A stretch of 64,000 nt of DNA from Sphyrna mokarran. Lineage: Eukaryota. The notes below the pieces were generated by a model, which was not told the DNA's origin, made no database searches, and saw nothing but the letters and a program-made list of their open reading frames with translations. The first letter of the stretch is position 1; each line of letters opens with the position of its first letter. Below are positions 1 to 10,290 of the stretch, piece by piece. The stretch spans positions 49,290,001-49,354,000 of the forward strand of contig JAGIQG010000019.1 in assembly GCA_024679065.1 (NCBI GenBank), in the 5' to 3' direction. Both the position numbers and the translations under genes were made by a program.

Positions 1-221
1 ACCATGGCAATGCAACATCTGTTCTCTCTTAACTATATATTGTAGTAAAGCAGTGATAATTATTGTAGTTAGAAATATTGTAAAGTGATTTTGCAGTGAA
101 ATTTCTGGAACAAATGATTTCCTTTATCCAAGTCATTAATTTGCCCTGAAATTTTCTTCATAAAAGACGAATGAAAATTGCTACACAATCCTCGATGTTC
201 CAAAGCTGATTATAATATTTA

Positions 222-600
222 GAATTCCTAAAGTGCAGAAGTTAATTCAGCCCATCAAATCTACACCCATTCTCCAACAGGGGATCCCACCCAGGTCTTG
301 TCCCCATAATCCCAAATATTTACCCATTAATCTCCTAATCGGAACATCTTGGGGCAATTTATGGCAATAAATGTTGGCCAGCCAGCAGCACCCATGTCCC
401 ATGGATGAATAAAAAAAAAATTAGCACAGCCAATCCATCAATCTATAGAGTGTTGGAAGAAACCAGAGCACCCAGAGGAAACACACGTACTCACAGGGAG
501 AACATGCAGGCTCCACACAGACAGTGATCCAAGCCAGGAATCGGACCCCAGTCCCTGGCGCTGTGAGGGAGCAGGGCTAACCACTGTGCCACCGTGCCAT
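222..600 (-). mobile_element. HE1-type tRNA-derived V-SINE, CR1-type tail
   Basis: Reverse complement of the ggcacggtggcacagtggttag...gggtccgattcc head; tail ends ...ctgcactttaggaattcta. Confidence 0.85.
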
Positions 601-719
601 CCTTCATGTTCTCACAGTTTAAGCTGTAAGGATTTGATTATGGGAAGACAATTTCTGCAGGAAGCTATCAGGAGGTAACGCTGCTAATAGTGATGGAGAT
701 TCCCTGTTCTGGAAAAAGG

Positions 720-1105
720 AGGAGATGGTGGTCTGATGGGAATGTTACTGGATTAGTAATCCAGAGGCCCAGCTTAATGCTCTGGGGATATGGGCTTAAA
801 TCCCAGCATAGCACCTAAGTTAAATTAATAAATCTGGAAATGAAAGCTAACCTCAGTGATGGTGACAAAGTAACTATCACCAATTGTTATAAAAACCCAT
901 CTGACTCACTAATGTCCAAATGGGACTAATGGAAATCTGCTGTCCTTTCCCAGCCTGGCCTACATGTGACTCCAGACCCACAGCACCATGACTGAATCTC
1001 AACTCCCCTCCAAAATGGTCTAGCGAGCCACTCCGTTCCAGGGCAACTAGGGATGGGCAACAAACACTGGCTTTCCCTGCGATGTCCACATCCCATTAAA
1101 GAATT
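720..1105 (+). mobile_element. Second tRNA-SINE family (ctggattagtaatccagag... tail gggatgggcaa...cacatccca)
   Basis: A/B box-like head; recurs at ~19770-20250, 22938-23095, 29440-29756(-), 36955-37640, 41310-41670(-). Confidence 0.75.
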
Positions 1106-1552
1106 TTGTTACAAATCCTCTGTAGAAACTGCAGCACAGCTGAGCTGCCTCCTGAATCTAGATGTTTCAGGCAATACATGCAACAATGTGGCAGGCTTGT
1201 GTGAAATATTAGGAGATGGGAATGACCACTGGCTATCTCTGACCATTCTGGCTAGAGTGGGACACTTCTAAGTTCTAAAATAACAAACTCCATTTGTAAT
1301 TCCACGCCTGGGAATCATCACCATTTACAAATGTTGGTATAAATGCCAAACTCCTGGACTAACACACGCTCACACAGATATTCTGGGATAAGGATCTATT
1401 CTGGCCTGTATCCTCATCATTGTAATGTTAACACAGCCACAAGAACACTGATGTTATTCAGCAGTTTGTCATTCATTTCTAACTCATCGATCTTTAAGAT
1501 ATCACCTATTCTTAATTCAAGCTGCTGTTTATTGATTTCTAGCATCCAGCAC

Positions 1553-1825
1553 TGGGGTGGCACAGTGGTTAGCACTTCTGTCTCACACTGCCAGGGACCT
1601 GGGTTCGGTTCCCAACTTGAGCCACTGTCTATGGGGAACTTGCATATTTTCCCTGCGACTTCCTCTCACATCTGAAAGACTGGTTAGGGTGCATTGGCCG
1701 TACTAAATTCTCTCTCAGTGTACCCGAACTGGCACAGGAGTGTGGCAACTAGGGTATTTCCACAAAAACTTCATTGCAGTGTTAATGTAAGCCTACTTGT
1801 GACACTAATAAATAAATTCTAACTT
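1553..1825 (+). mobile_element. HE1-head SINE with alternative 'B' tail
   Basis: ggtggcacagtggttagcac head; tail ...gtgttaatgtaagcctacttgtgacactaataaataaa. Confidence 0.85.
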
Positions 1826-1984
1826 TAAAACATACGCGTATAGCATGCGTGCGTGTGCATGTGTGTGCTTGTGCGTGTGTGAGTGACTGTATGTGTGTGT
1901 GTGCAAATCTTCAAGTTCTGCAGTAACAAGCATTGGGAGACTAAAAGACCCTTATTCAAAGTGAACACGTGACAGCTCTGACGG

Positions 1985-2182
1985 TACAGAGAATGCTGGA
2001 AATACTCAACAGTCTAGCGGTGACTATGTTGAAAGAAATAGAGTTAACTCTCCATTCTGAAAGAAGGTCATTGACCTGAAAGATTAACTCTGTTTCTCTC
2101 TCCACAGGCACTGCTGGATCTGTTGGGTTATTTTCCGGCATGTTGTGAATTGATTTCAGATTTACAGCCAGTGCAGCATTTG
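1985..2182. mobile_element. Palindromic element of a second Penelope-like family, degenerate hammerhead-like centre
   Basis: Arms ~1987-2048 and ~2084-2146 are inverted; centre CTGAAAGA-aggtca(t)tgacct-GAAAgatt. Confidence 0.55.
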
Positions 2183-2235
2183 TGTTCTTTGTGTCACTCT
2201 CTGTGGAGGAGGCAGCAGCTGATAAATCTCTTTAC

Positions 2236-2301
2236 CTGAACAAGAAGTTCCAGCTTCCTGTCGTCGAGGAGATGCACCTGACATCGACGCCCCTCCGTCA
2301 T
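2236..2301 (-). CDS. FRMD4B: FRMD4B coding exon 2 (66 nt), start of FERM domain
   Basis: Translates MTEGRRCQVHLLDDRKLELLVQ, the conserved FRMD4A/4B FERM start. Pyrimidine-rich acceptor cttttctttctgctctctttcag and donor CAG|gtaaag, phase 0/0. This exon alone cannot separate FRMD4A from 4B; exon 1 favours 4B. Confidence 0.93.
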
Positions 2302-3542
2302 CTGAAAGAGAGCAGAAAGAAAAGAGTGTGAGGGCTGAACCGTACGGAGGAAAGCAAGAGAGAGAGAGAGACAACACTGAGACACAGCGGCAAGAGTAAC
2401 ACAAACCCTCAGAGCTCCGACACACCAGCCAGCTCCAAATCCTCACCACAACAACTTTGCTGTGACCATACTGGAGAAAGCTGGATCGTTCCACCACACA
2501 GTACAGCGCTGCCGGCTGAAGTATGTAGCTTTGGACTAGAACATAGCCAGCACAGAGAGAGAGTCTGGCACTCGTCCCCAAAGGAAATCCTTTGTAAAGC
2601 AGACTTCCTATAAATGTCAAACAGTCACCGCTGCACAATAAATTGGTCTGCACTATTATGTTTTAATGTGAGGTGTAATGGCAGAACCTTTCTATTCCTG
2701 CTCTTGCTGTAACAAAGCAGTTTGCCAGTCCAATTAAAATAGATACCAGCAAACCCTGCAGTGTTTGAATTCATTGACTGTCCTGTAAAAGGCAGACTGT
2801 ACTCTCTGACTGCTTTCAGATACAAAGAAAAAACAAAACTTCTGTATTCCAATTATCCGCACCACATACCCAGTAACCCACCATTCACATATCAACTGGG
2901 TGGCGGTAACTTATTCCAGTTCATTCACAGAGTTCACACTGCTGTGGCAACTTGTACGTTGCAGTCCAGAGCTATGGATAGTGGCAGGAGAGACTCCAAT
3001 GTTCTTTCTGTCACAAGGCTGACCAAGAATCTCTCCCGCTCTTACTGCCTGCCATCGTGAAGGGTTTACAAGTTGATAACAATCTGTCTGGCCAAGTTAT
3101 GAGCACACCTTCCATGTCCATCAAGTCTGAGAGTGGGATTTGAACCTACAGCTTCTGACTCAGAAGAAGGAGCACTAGTCAGTGGTCCACAAGACCTCCC
3201 ACTAATTTGATCATCTCCACAACACTTCGAACTGACATTCTCTCAGTGATGGCATCATGGGTTTGGCAATGTGTAATGTATAGACAGACCATGTCCAGGG
3301 TTTGACCACTGTGTTGTGATGTGGGGTTCAGGGTTATGGCCCTGCACTTTAGTCCTAGGACCATGGAGGGAGAGTCATTGGTCACGCTCGCTGTGGCTGA
3401 GTGTCAGACTATTGGTAAGTTTGTTTTTGGACAACACTGGATTGGCTTTGGCTGAGAATTCCATTGCCAAGTGGATTCCAGATTGCTAAATGAGAAACAT
3501 TCAACTGGGAAAAGCCCACCAACTGTACAACAAAATTTATAC

Positions 3543-3845
3543 CATGGAATTCCTACAGTGCAGAAGGAGGTTGTTCAGCCCATCGAGGCTGCACCAACAA
3601 CAACTTCACCCAGGCCCAATCCCATGTATTTACCTGGCTAATCCCCTAAAGACAAGTGAACATGGCCAATCCACCTAACCTGCACATCTCTGAAGTGTGG
3701 AAAAAAACTGGAGCATTCGGAGGAAACCCGTGCAGAGACTGGGAGAACGTGCAAACTCCAGGCAGACAGTCACCCGTGGCAGGAATTGAACCCGGGTCTC
3801 TGGTTCTGTGAGGCAGCAGTGCTAATCACTGTGCCACCGTGCCAT
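3543..3845 (-). mobile_element. HE1 SINE (CR1-type tail)
   Basis: Full head, body and tail on the minus strand. Confidence 0.85.
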
Positions 3846-5054
3846 CCTCACCTCCATTTATTTAGTAAATAAAGACATCAAAGACAACAGTTGTGTTCTT
3901 CTATATACTGTATATCTGTAACAAATTAATTTTTCCTCTTTAACTTATTGCTTAAGGTGAAGACCCAAGTCTGTGGCTTCCACAAGAAAATGGCTAGAAA
4001 GTGACTTCTAAAACACTGGCCTAGGAACAGGCCATTGAACCTGTGTCATGGTAACACTCGATTTTCATAGCGACTCTCATTCTGGGTCTTATAAATTTTG
4101 GCCATGTCGTTGCAATGATCCAAAATGCATTCAGTATAAAGTCTTCACAATCTAATTTGATGAGCTTTAAGGTATAGTAGAACTGCAGGTTCCTTCTCTT
4201 GTTCTGAAGAGAAAGCACGCCAATCCTTTGGAAATATGTCAACAGCTCAAACAAAATTTATTTGAATCTACCAAACAGTTTCTAGAACAGAAGATAACAG
4301 AAGAAATCTTTGTTCCTTGTTGTCAAGTCAAAATCTCCCGCCACCCCTCATGCTGCTCCCCCCGTATTCCGCTCCCTCTCTCCTCTGTTCCCCTCTTCCT
4401 GCACTCCACTCCCCCTCCCCCTACACTCACCCCCCCCATACTCTGCTCCCCACACAATCTGCTCCCACACTTTGCTCCCTCTCCCCTTCTCATCAAACCT
4501 TTCAAATCCCTGAGATCAAAAGTTGTTATAGTTGATGCTATTGATTTGATTTTCACTCATCTTGAGTGGTGTACTGTGTACAATGCAATGCACGACTTCA
4601 GTCAATTCACAGTTTCAAGTCAAACACAAGGTTCCAGTTTCAGTCAAACACTCTGCCTAAATATTTACTCAATGTTCTTCAGAGTGTTTCATCAAAAGAG
4701 AGAAACTAAGTTTGCGCAGAGACTGTTTTCAAGCTGTGATATCAACCATACAATTTGTCATCTCCTTAACCATTTCTCTTATTCCTTGATGTTTGACACT
4801 ATTTGACAGCTAAACCCAACCATTAATTACACTAAGCGCAAAAGCAGGCATGTTTCACTGAACTTTAGAAAGAAGTGGTTAGGCCACAAATAGAGTGTCA
4901 CATCATGTTCTCTTCGCTATACTTTAGGAAAAATGTAAGGGTGCCTGAGAGGATGCAGAGGGTATTGACCACAATGGACCCATATATACACACTGACAAA
5001 CTAACCTGGAATCAGATTAGGTCACTTGGTTCCAAGAACCTGCTCCGCCATTTA

Positions 5055-6430
5055 TAGAATCATAGAATCACACAGTACAGAAGAGGCCCTTCAACCCATA
5101 GAGTCCACACCAACACATTAGAAACACCTGAACTCCCACCTCATCCCACCTGCCAGCACTTGGCCCACAGCCCTGAATGTTGTGACGTGCCAAGTGCTCA
5201 TCCAGGTACGTTTTAAAGGATGTGAGGCATCGCCCCTCCCCCAAACTCCCAGGCAGCCCATTCCAGACCGTCACCACCCTCTGGGTAAAAAAGCTTTTCC
5301 TCACGTCCCCCCAAACTTTCTGCCCCTCACCTTGAACCAATGTCTCCTTGCGACTGACCCTTCCATTAAGGGAAACAGCTGCTCCCTATCCACTCTGTCC
5401 ATCTTGAACACCTCGGTCAGATCACCCCTCAGTCTTCTCTGCTCCAATGAAAATAAGCCAAGTCCATCTAACCTCTCTTCATAGCTTAAATGTTCTGTCC
5501 CAGCATCCTGGTGAATCTCCTCTGCATCCCCTCCAGAGCAGTCACATCCTTCCTATAATACGGTGACAGAACTGCTCACAGTGCTCCAGCTGTGGCCTCA
5601 CCAAAGTTCTACACAACTCCGACATGCTTTCCTTGCTTTTATAATCATTCAGTAATTTGGCTGATCTGATTGAGGCCTCAACTCCAACTTTCTGTCTATC
5701 GCCAATGCCTTTTGGCCCCATTCAAGGATATTCAAGTACCTACCCATCTCTGTTTTAAAAAGATTCAATGAGCTGCTGCCTTTGCTGCTGTCCAGGAACC
5801 AAAGTATCACAAACTCACCACCTCAGAGAAAAAAAACATCTCCTCCTCTCCGTCTTAAATGGCAGACCGTCCGCACCCCACCATTTTCAAAAACTCCCCC
5901 TTCATTCTGGTCTCTTCAACAAGGGGAAATATCTCAGAATTCACTCTATCAAATCTCCTCAGGATCTTAAATATTTCAATAAGTCTACTTCTCAATCTTC
6001 TAAACTCAAATGGACACAGAACCAACCTTTCCTCAAAGACGTACCTTCATCCCGGGAATCAGCTGAATAAACCTTCTCTGAACTGCTTTCGAAGCATTTA
6101 CCTCCTTTTTTAAAACAAGGTGACCAAAATAGTGCACAGTACGTTAAATGTGGTCTCACCAACTGCATGACTGTAGCAAAACATCTCTACTTTTATCTTC
6201 CATTCCCCTTGCAATAAAGAATATTTCGTTTGCCTTCTTGCTACATCTGTACACGAACCTTTTGTGATTCATGTACAGGACATTCAGATCCATCAAGAGT
6301 ACTACAATCTCCCTCACTTTATGTTGCTTTTCTTTTCTTGCAGCTAAAGTGGAAAATTCACATTTCCCTCTATTCTTCCTGCCTACCAGACTTTCGCTCA
6401 CTCACTGAAGCTCTGTACATCCCATTGCAG
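5055..6430 (-). mobile_element. Two CR1/HER1 LINE 3' fragments
   Basis: Minus-strand peptide ...KSFFTQRVVTVWNGLPG..SFKTYLD is a typical CR1 ORF2 C-terminus; tail ttctatgattcta. Confidence 0.85.
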
Positions 6431-7210
6431 ACTCCGCGGGCAGGATTTCCCAGCCGTGCTCACCCCATAACCAAAATATCCAGCCTGAGGTCAATGGACC
6501 TTTGTATATTCCGCCTCCTATCCGTCACAATTCCCATGGCGGGTGGGATTGGAAAGTGCCCCCCCACCACCCTGTAATGTCCTATTGGGAAGTTACTTTT
6601 CTATCTACCTTTGTGTCAGCAAGGATGGTGGAGTGTGGCAGAGGAGGTGGAGTGGGGGTGTTTCCAGCTACAGTTGGAGAAGCTGAGACTGCTTTCCTTG
6701 GAGCAATGAAGGTTGGACAGAGATCTGATAGAAGTGGACAATCTAATGATGTGTGGAAGACATGACCTCACCGTCTCCCCTGACAAGAGTTAGTCAAAGC
6801 ATGAATTGCAAAGCATGTGTTTTTATAGGATTGGTTTGCAGACCATGAAGGTACAAACAAACAAGAGCTTTATTGGAATGGTGTTTACTCTACCGGCTGT
6901 TCAGATAGGCTGTCTGTTTGTCCCTGTAAAGGGCCAATGACATCATCAGGATGTCACGTGATCGGTTCTCATGTTCCAACTAGGAATAACAGGACACAAA
7001 ACAGCTTCAACCACAAGACAGGAATCAAACTAGAGGTAGTGTGAGAGACCCAGTTAGGTTCTACAGCAGAGGAAATTCCTGAGGGAGGCGGGGGTTTGGA
7101 ACTCACTGTCCGAGGGTGTGATAGTGACAGAAACCCACATAACGTTCAAAAACTATCTGTATATGCTTGTGAAGTGCAATAACGTACAAGATTGCAAATC
7201 AATCTGGGTA

Positions 7211-7409
7211 AAAGCAAAATACTGCGGGTGCTGGAACCTTGAAACAAAAAAAGAAAATATTAGAAAATCTCAGCGGGTCTGACAACATGTGAGGAGAGAA
7301 TAGAGCCAATGTTTCAAGCCATCCAGAGTTATAACATTGGCTCTATTCTCTCCTTACAGATGCTGTCAGACCTGCTGAGATTTTCCAGCATTTCCTGATT
7401 TTGTTCCAG
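7211..7409. mobile_element. Palindromic element of the second Penelope-like family nested in an old CR1 3' end
   Basis: gaaaatctcagcgggtctgac...atagagccaatgtt pairs with aacattggctctat...gtcagacctgctgagattttc. Confidence 0.65.
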
Positions 7410-7704
7410 CTGTACAGTGGGACTAGGCTGCATGGATGATTCCTTTTCAGCCTGGACCAGATGGGTGGAATGGCCTCCCTCCTTGTTGTAAACATCTAAG
7501 ATTTGGCAACTGGCTGAATGCTCCACGGGACCGGATGACCCACATGTACAAGTGAAATTCTAACCACAAAATAGACACCAACAAGGAAAGCAACTCAGAC
7601 AAATTCTTCCTCCTCTGGAGATGAGGAAGTGACATGGTCTCCATCCCAGAATCTACTGACTCCAAAGGATCCCATTAGGCTCTCCATCCTACCCATAGAT
7701 CAAT

Positions 7705-8005
7705 ATCATAGAATCCCTAAAGTGCAGAAGGAGGCCATTCAGCCCATCAATCCTGTTCTGACCACAATCCCACCCAGACCCTATTCCTAAAACCCCACAC
7801 ATTTACCCTGCTAATCCCTGACACTAAGGGGCAATTTAGCATGGCCAATCAACCTAACCTGCATATCTTTGGACCGTGGGAGGAAACTGGAACCCCGGAG
7901 GAAACCCACACAGACATGGGGAGAATGTGCAAACTGCACACAGATAGTCACTGGAATTGAACCGTGTCCCTAGCACTGTGAGGCAGCAGCACTAACCACT
8001 ATGCT
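7705..8005 (-). mobile_element. HE1 SINE
   Basis: Same consensus as 3543-3845. Confidence 0.85.
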
Positions 8006-8619
8006 GGCTCCACTCCACATATTGATCACTGCTGATCGTGCTGCTGCCGGAATATCTGGAATATTAATTTTTGGAGATTCCAGGACAACCCGGGAGCTGT
8101 GGAAACTGGAAGATAAATCAATGCATCATTTCAAGTTGGAGGGCCTCGAATAGGTGATTTCATGAGATTTTAGTATCTCTACAAAAAAAAATTCCACCGA
8201 TAATAATGAACTTTCAACACGCAGCAACATGATTTAAACCTAATTAATAAAGTACTTCAAATCAAATAAACAGAACACTCCAGTTTGTCAACTCCCCGGA
8301 CATTCCGCCTTGAGAGTTTGAAATAGGATGTTTGATGCTCTCTTTGGTATCTTTCTCTTTGATATTTTTCCAGAGAGGAATTAACCCAGTTTAAATTAAA
8401 TGGATTAATTCTGCTTTTGAAAAGGCACAGATAGCAGCTTCAGACCGAAGCACAAAGCAATTTTAAACCCCACAGTCTCCTTCAAGTTTCACACCTGGTC
8501 ACACTGTCTATGTCAGCAAACTGAGCAATAAAAGATTCTTAAACTTTTCCGGCCTTGACAACTGTGGTGATTGTCCCCTTTAAGGGCAACACAGCAGAAG
8601 AGGTTCACCTGGTCTGCAG

Positions 8620-8737
8620 AGTGGAGATGACGGTGTTGGACTGGGGTGGGCACAGTAAGCAGTCTCACAACACCAGGTTAAAGTCCAACAGGTTTATTTG
8701 GTAGCACGAGCTTTCGGAGCACTGCTCCTTCGTCAGG
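8620..8737 (-). mobile_element. Solo Penelope terminal-repeat fragment with hammerhead core and 9-bp flanking direct repeat
   Basis: Same family as 56362-56450; flanked by GGTCTGCAG at 8611-8619 and 8736-8744. Confidence 0.75.
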
Positions 8738-8739
8738 TC
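8705..8739 (-). ncRNA. Minimal hammerhead motif, core intact, weak stem I
   Basis: ac-CUGACGA-a-ggagc(agu)gcucc-GAAA-gc-UC-gu; sense to the FRMD4B pre-mRNA. Confidence 0.55.
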
Positions 8740-9029
8740 TGCAGGACTGAGAGTGATCACCCCAAGGAGTGGAGTTCCCTCTTAGGCAGAAGACACGTAG
8801 GGACTGAGGCAATCGGGGGTGAGTGGGGGGGAGGGATGCTCTGTGCAGCTTTTCCTTATTAATAAGTACTCTGTGTTCCCGATGTGCATCATTACAACAA
8901 TGGAACTTCTGTAATGATAAAGAACATTCTTCCTTTGTTCTGCCTTAAATTTCATCTCTGGGCACAATCACGAGAGAGAACCTTCCAGCAATTAGATTTT
9001 AAAATCCCCTTCTCCCCGAGTTGGCATAC

Positions 9030-9083
9030 CGTATCCTGCTCTTCCCCAGCTACAATGCTGTTTGCTGCTTTTGCCAACACCAT
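9030..9083 (-). CDS. Candidate alternative first coding exon (MVLAKAANSIVAGEEQDT), in frame with exon 2
   Basis: Strong Kozak context aaaagATGG, 18 codons, phase-0 donor ACG|gtatgc, in non-repetitive DNA downstream of a promoter-like region. No homology recognised. Confidence 0.33.
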
Positions 9084-9479
9084 CTTTTTAATCAATAGTA
9101 CTCGTTATACCCCCCCCTCCGCCTTCCCATGTATTTTGACATGCAAAGCACATACGGATCACAAAATGAGACTGTTCAAACACACATAAAAAGCACACCA
9201 GCTAGGCCTCAGGCTTTGAGGCTGTATCCAGCTCATTGTGTCCCATTCTGTGGAAACCAGGCACAGCCACACTCCATATGCAGGGAGCTTCACAGCACCG
9301 GCTCAGTCTGAAGCTGCTCCCTAGCCCTCTGAGCATCAGTGGGGGGTGCTCACTGCCTGCAGTCCAAAGCACTCTCCATCCTCTGTAGGGCACACTCATC
9401 ACAAGCACTCGAACACTGTGAAGGAATATCTTGCCTAACATACCACTGGAGAACCAGCAAGAGCAGCTTCTGATGGGCT

Positions 9480-9855
9480 CTGTCAGGCCGGCTGGAGACT
9501 GCGGACAGCTCACGTGCAGGCAAAAACAGACTTGAAGAGACAGAGGCGGGGGAGGGTAGACGAGAGAGAGCGAGAGAGAGAGAGAGCAGAGACAGAGAGA
9601 GAGCTGCATCCAGCTTAAGACGTCAGGTCATGTGAAACTCAGGAACCTTGGACACAGCAGGAGAGTGTACTCAGCTGGTGAGAGATGAAGTAAAGCATAA
9701 CCCAGCCACATCTGGCCCACAGGAAGATAGATTTAAGGCAGGAAAGAAAAGGCTTATTTAAAAACAAAACAGCACATTTAAAAAAACTGCAACGCTCTTC
9801 CCCAAACCTGCGCCAAAATAACCCCTCTGACTGCAGACGGCTTCACGTGAAGGAG
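9480..9855 (-). promoter_or_regulatory. Candidate intronic alternative promoter/enhancer with E-box/M-box cluster
   Basis: TCACGTG 9510-9516, GGCGGGGG ~9545, GA-rich tract 9560-9603, GACGTCA 9619-9625, GTCATGTGA 9627-9635, palindrome CTTCACGTGAAG 9841-9852; unique sequence. Confidence 0.4.
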
Positions 9856-9992
9856 ATGTTCAAGACGGCAATATGTAGAAGCACCAAACATTAGCCGACA
9901 GGAATTGATTCTGAATTTATTACTGATAGATATTGGGATGTTCTCCCTGATCCAGAGCTCTGATAGAGTTAGAGTGGAAATGGAATGTCTGT

Positions 9993-10290
9993 TTTAAGTT
10001 TATTTATTCATGTCACAAGTAGGCTGACATTAACACTGCAATGAAGTTACAATGAAAATCCACCAGTGCAGAAAGAGGCCGTTCAGCCCATCAAGGGAGA
10101 ATTCAACATGGTCAATGCATCTAACCAGTGCGTCTTTCAGACTGTGAAAGGAAACTGGAGCACCTGCAGGAAACCCACGCAGACACAGGGAGAATATGCA
10201 AACTCCACACAGACAGTAACCCAAGCTGGGAATCGAACCCAGATCCCCGACGCTGTGAGGTAGCAAAGCTAAGCATTGTGCCAACATGTT
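9993..10290 (-). mobile_element. HE1-head SINE with chimeric tail
   Basis: B tail containing a CR1-tail segment (10066-10093). Confidence 0.75.

Larger units (their letters stand above)
8563..8896 (+). mobile_element. Possible short solo LTR interrupted by the Penelope fragment
   Basis: TGTGG...TTACA termini, flanks acaac/acaat, tgtcccctttaaggg near the 5' end, AT-rich polyA-like signal ~8860. Confidence 0.35.

Noticed and set aside
2236-2301. Calling the gene FRMD4A
   Set aside because: Exon 2 matches both paralogues, but the upstream EDLL...VWNLT...WC...DVYQ exon matches the recalled FRMD4B N-terminus. Synteny or phylogeny would settle it.
2162-2653. 163-aa minus-strand ORF overlapping exon 2
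   Set aside because: Different frame from the conserved FERM peptide, runs through CT-rich intron sequence, no recognisable homology.
4228-4806. 192-aa plus-strand ORF
   Set aside because: Kept open by a C/T-rich low-complexity tract; non-ATG start; no domain.
9202-9609. 135-aa ORF containing MLGKIFLHSVRVLVM, superficially like the 15-aa FRMD4A leader
   Set aside because: No phase-0 GT donor after the peptide and no real similarity.
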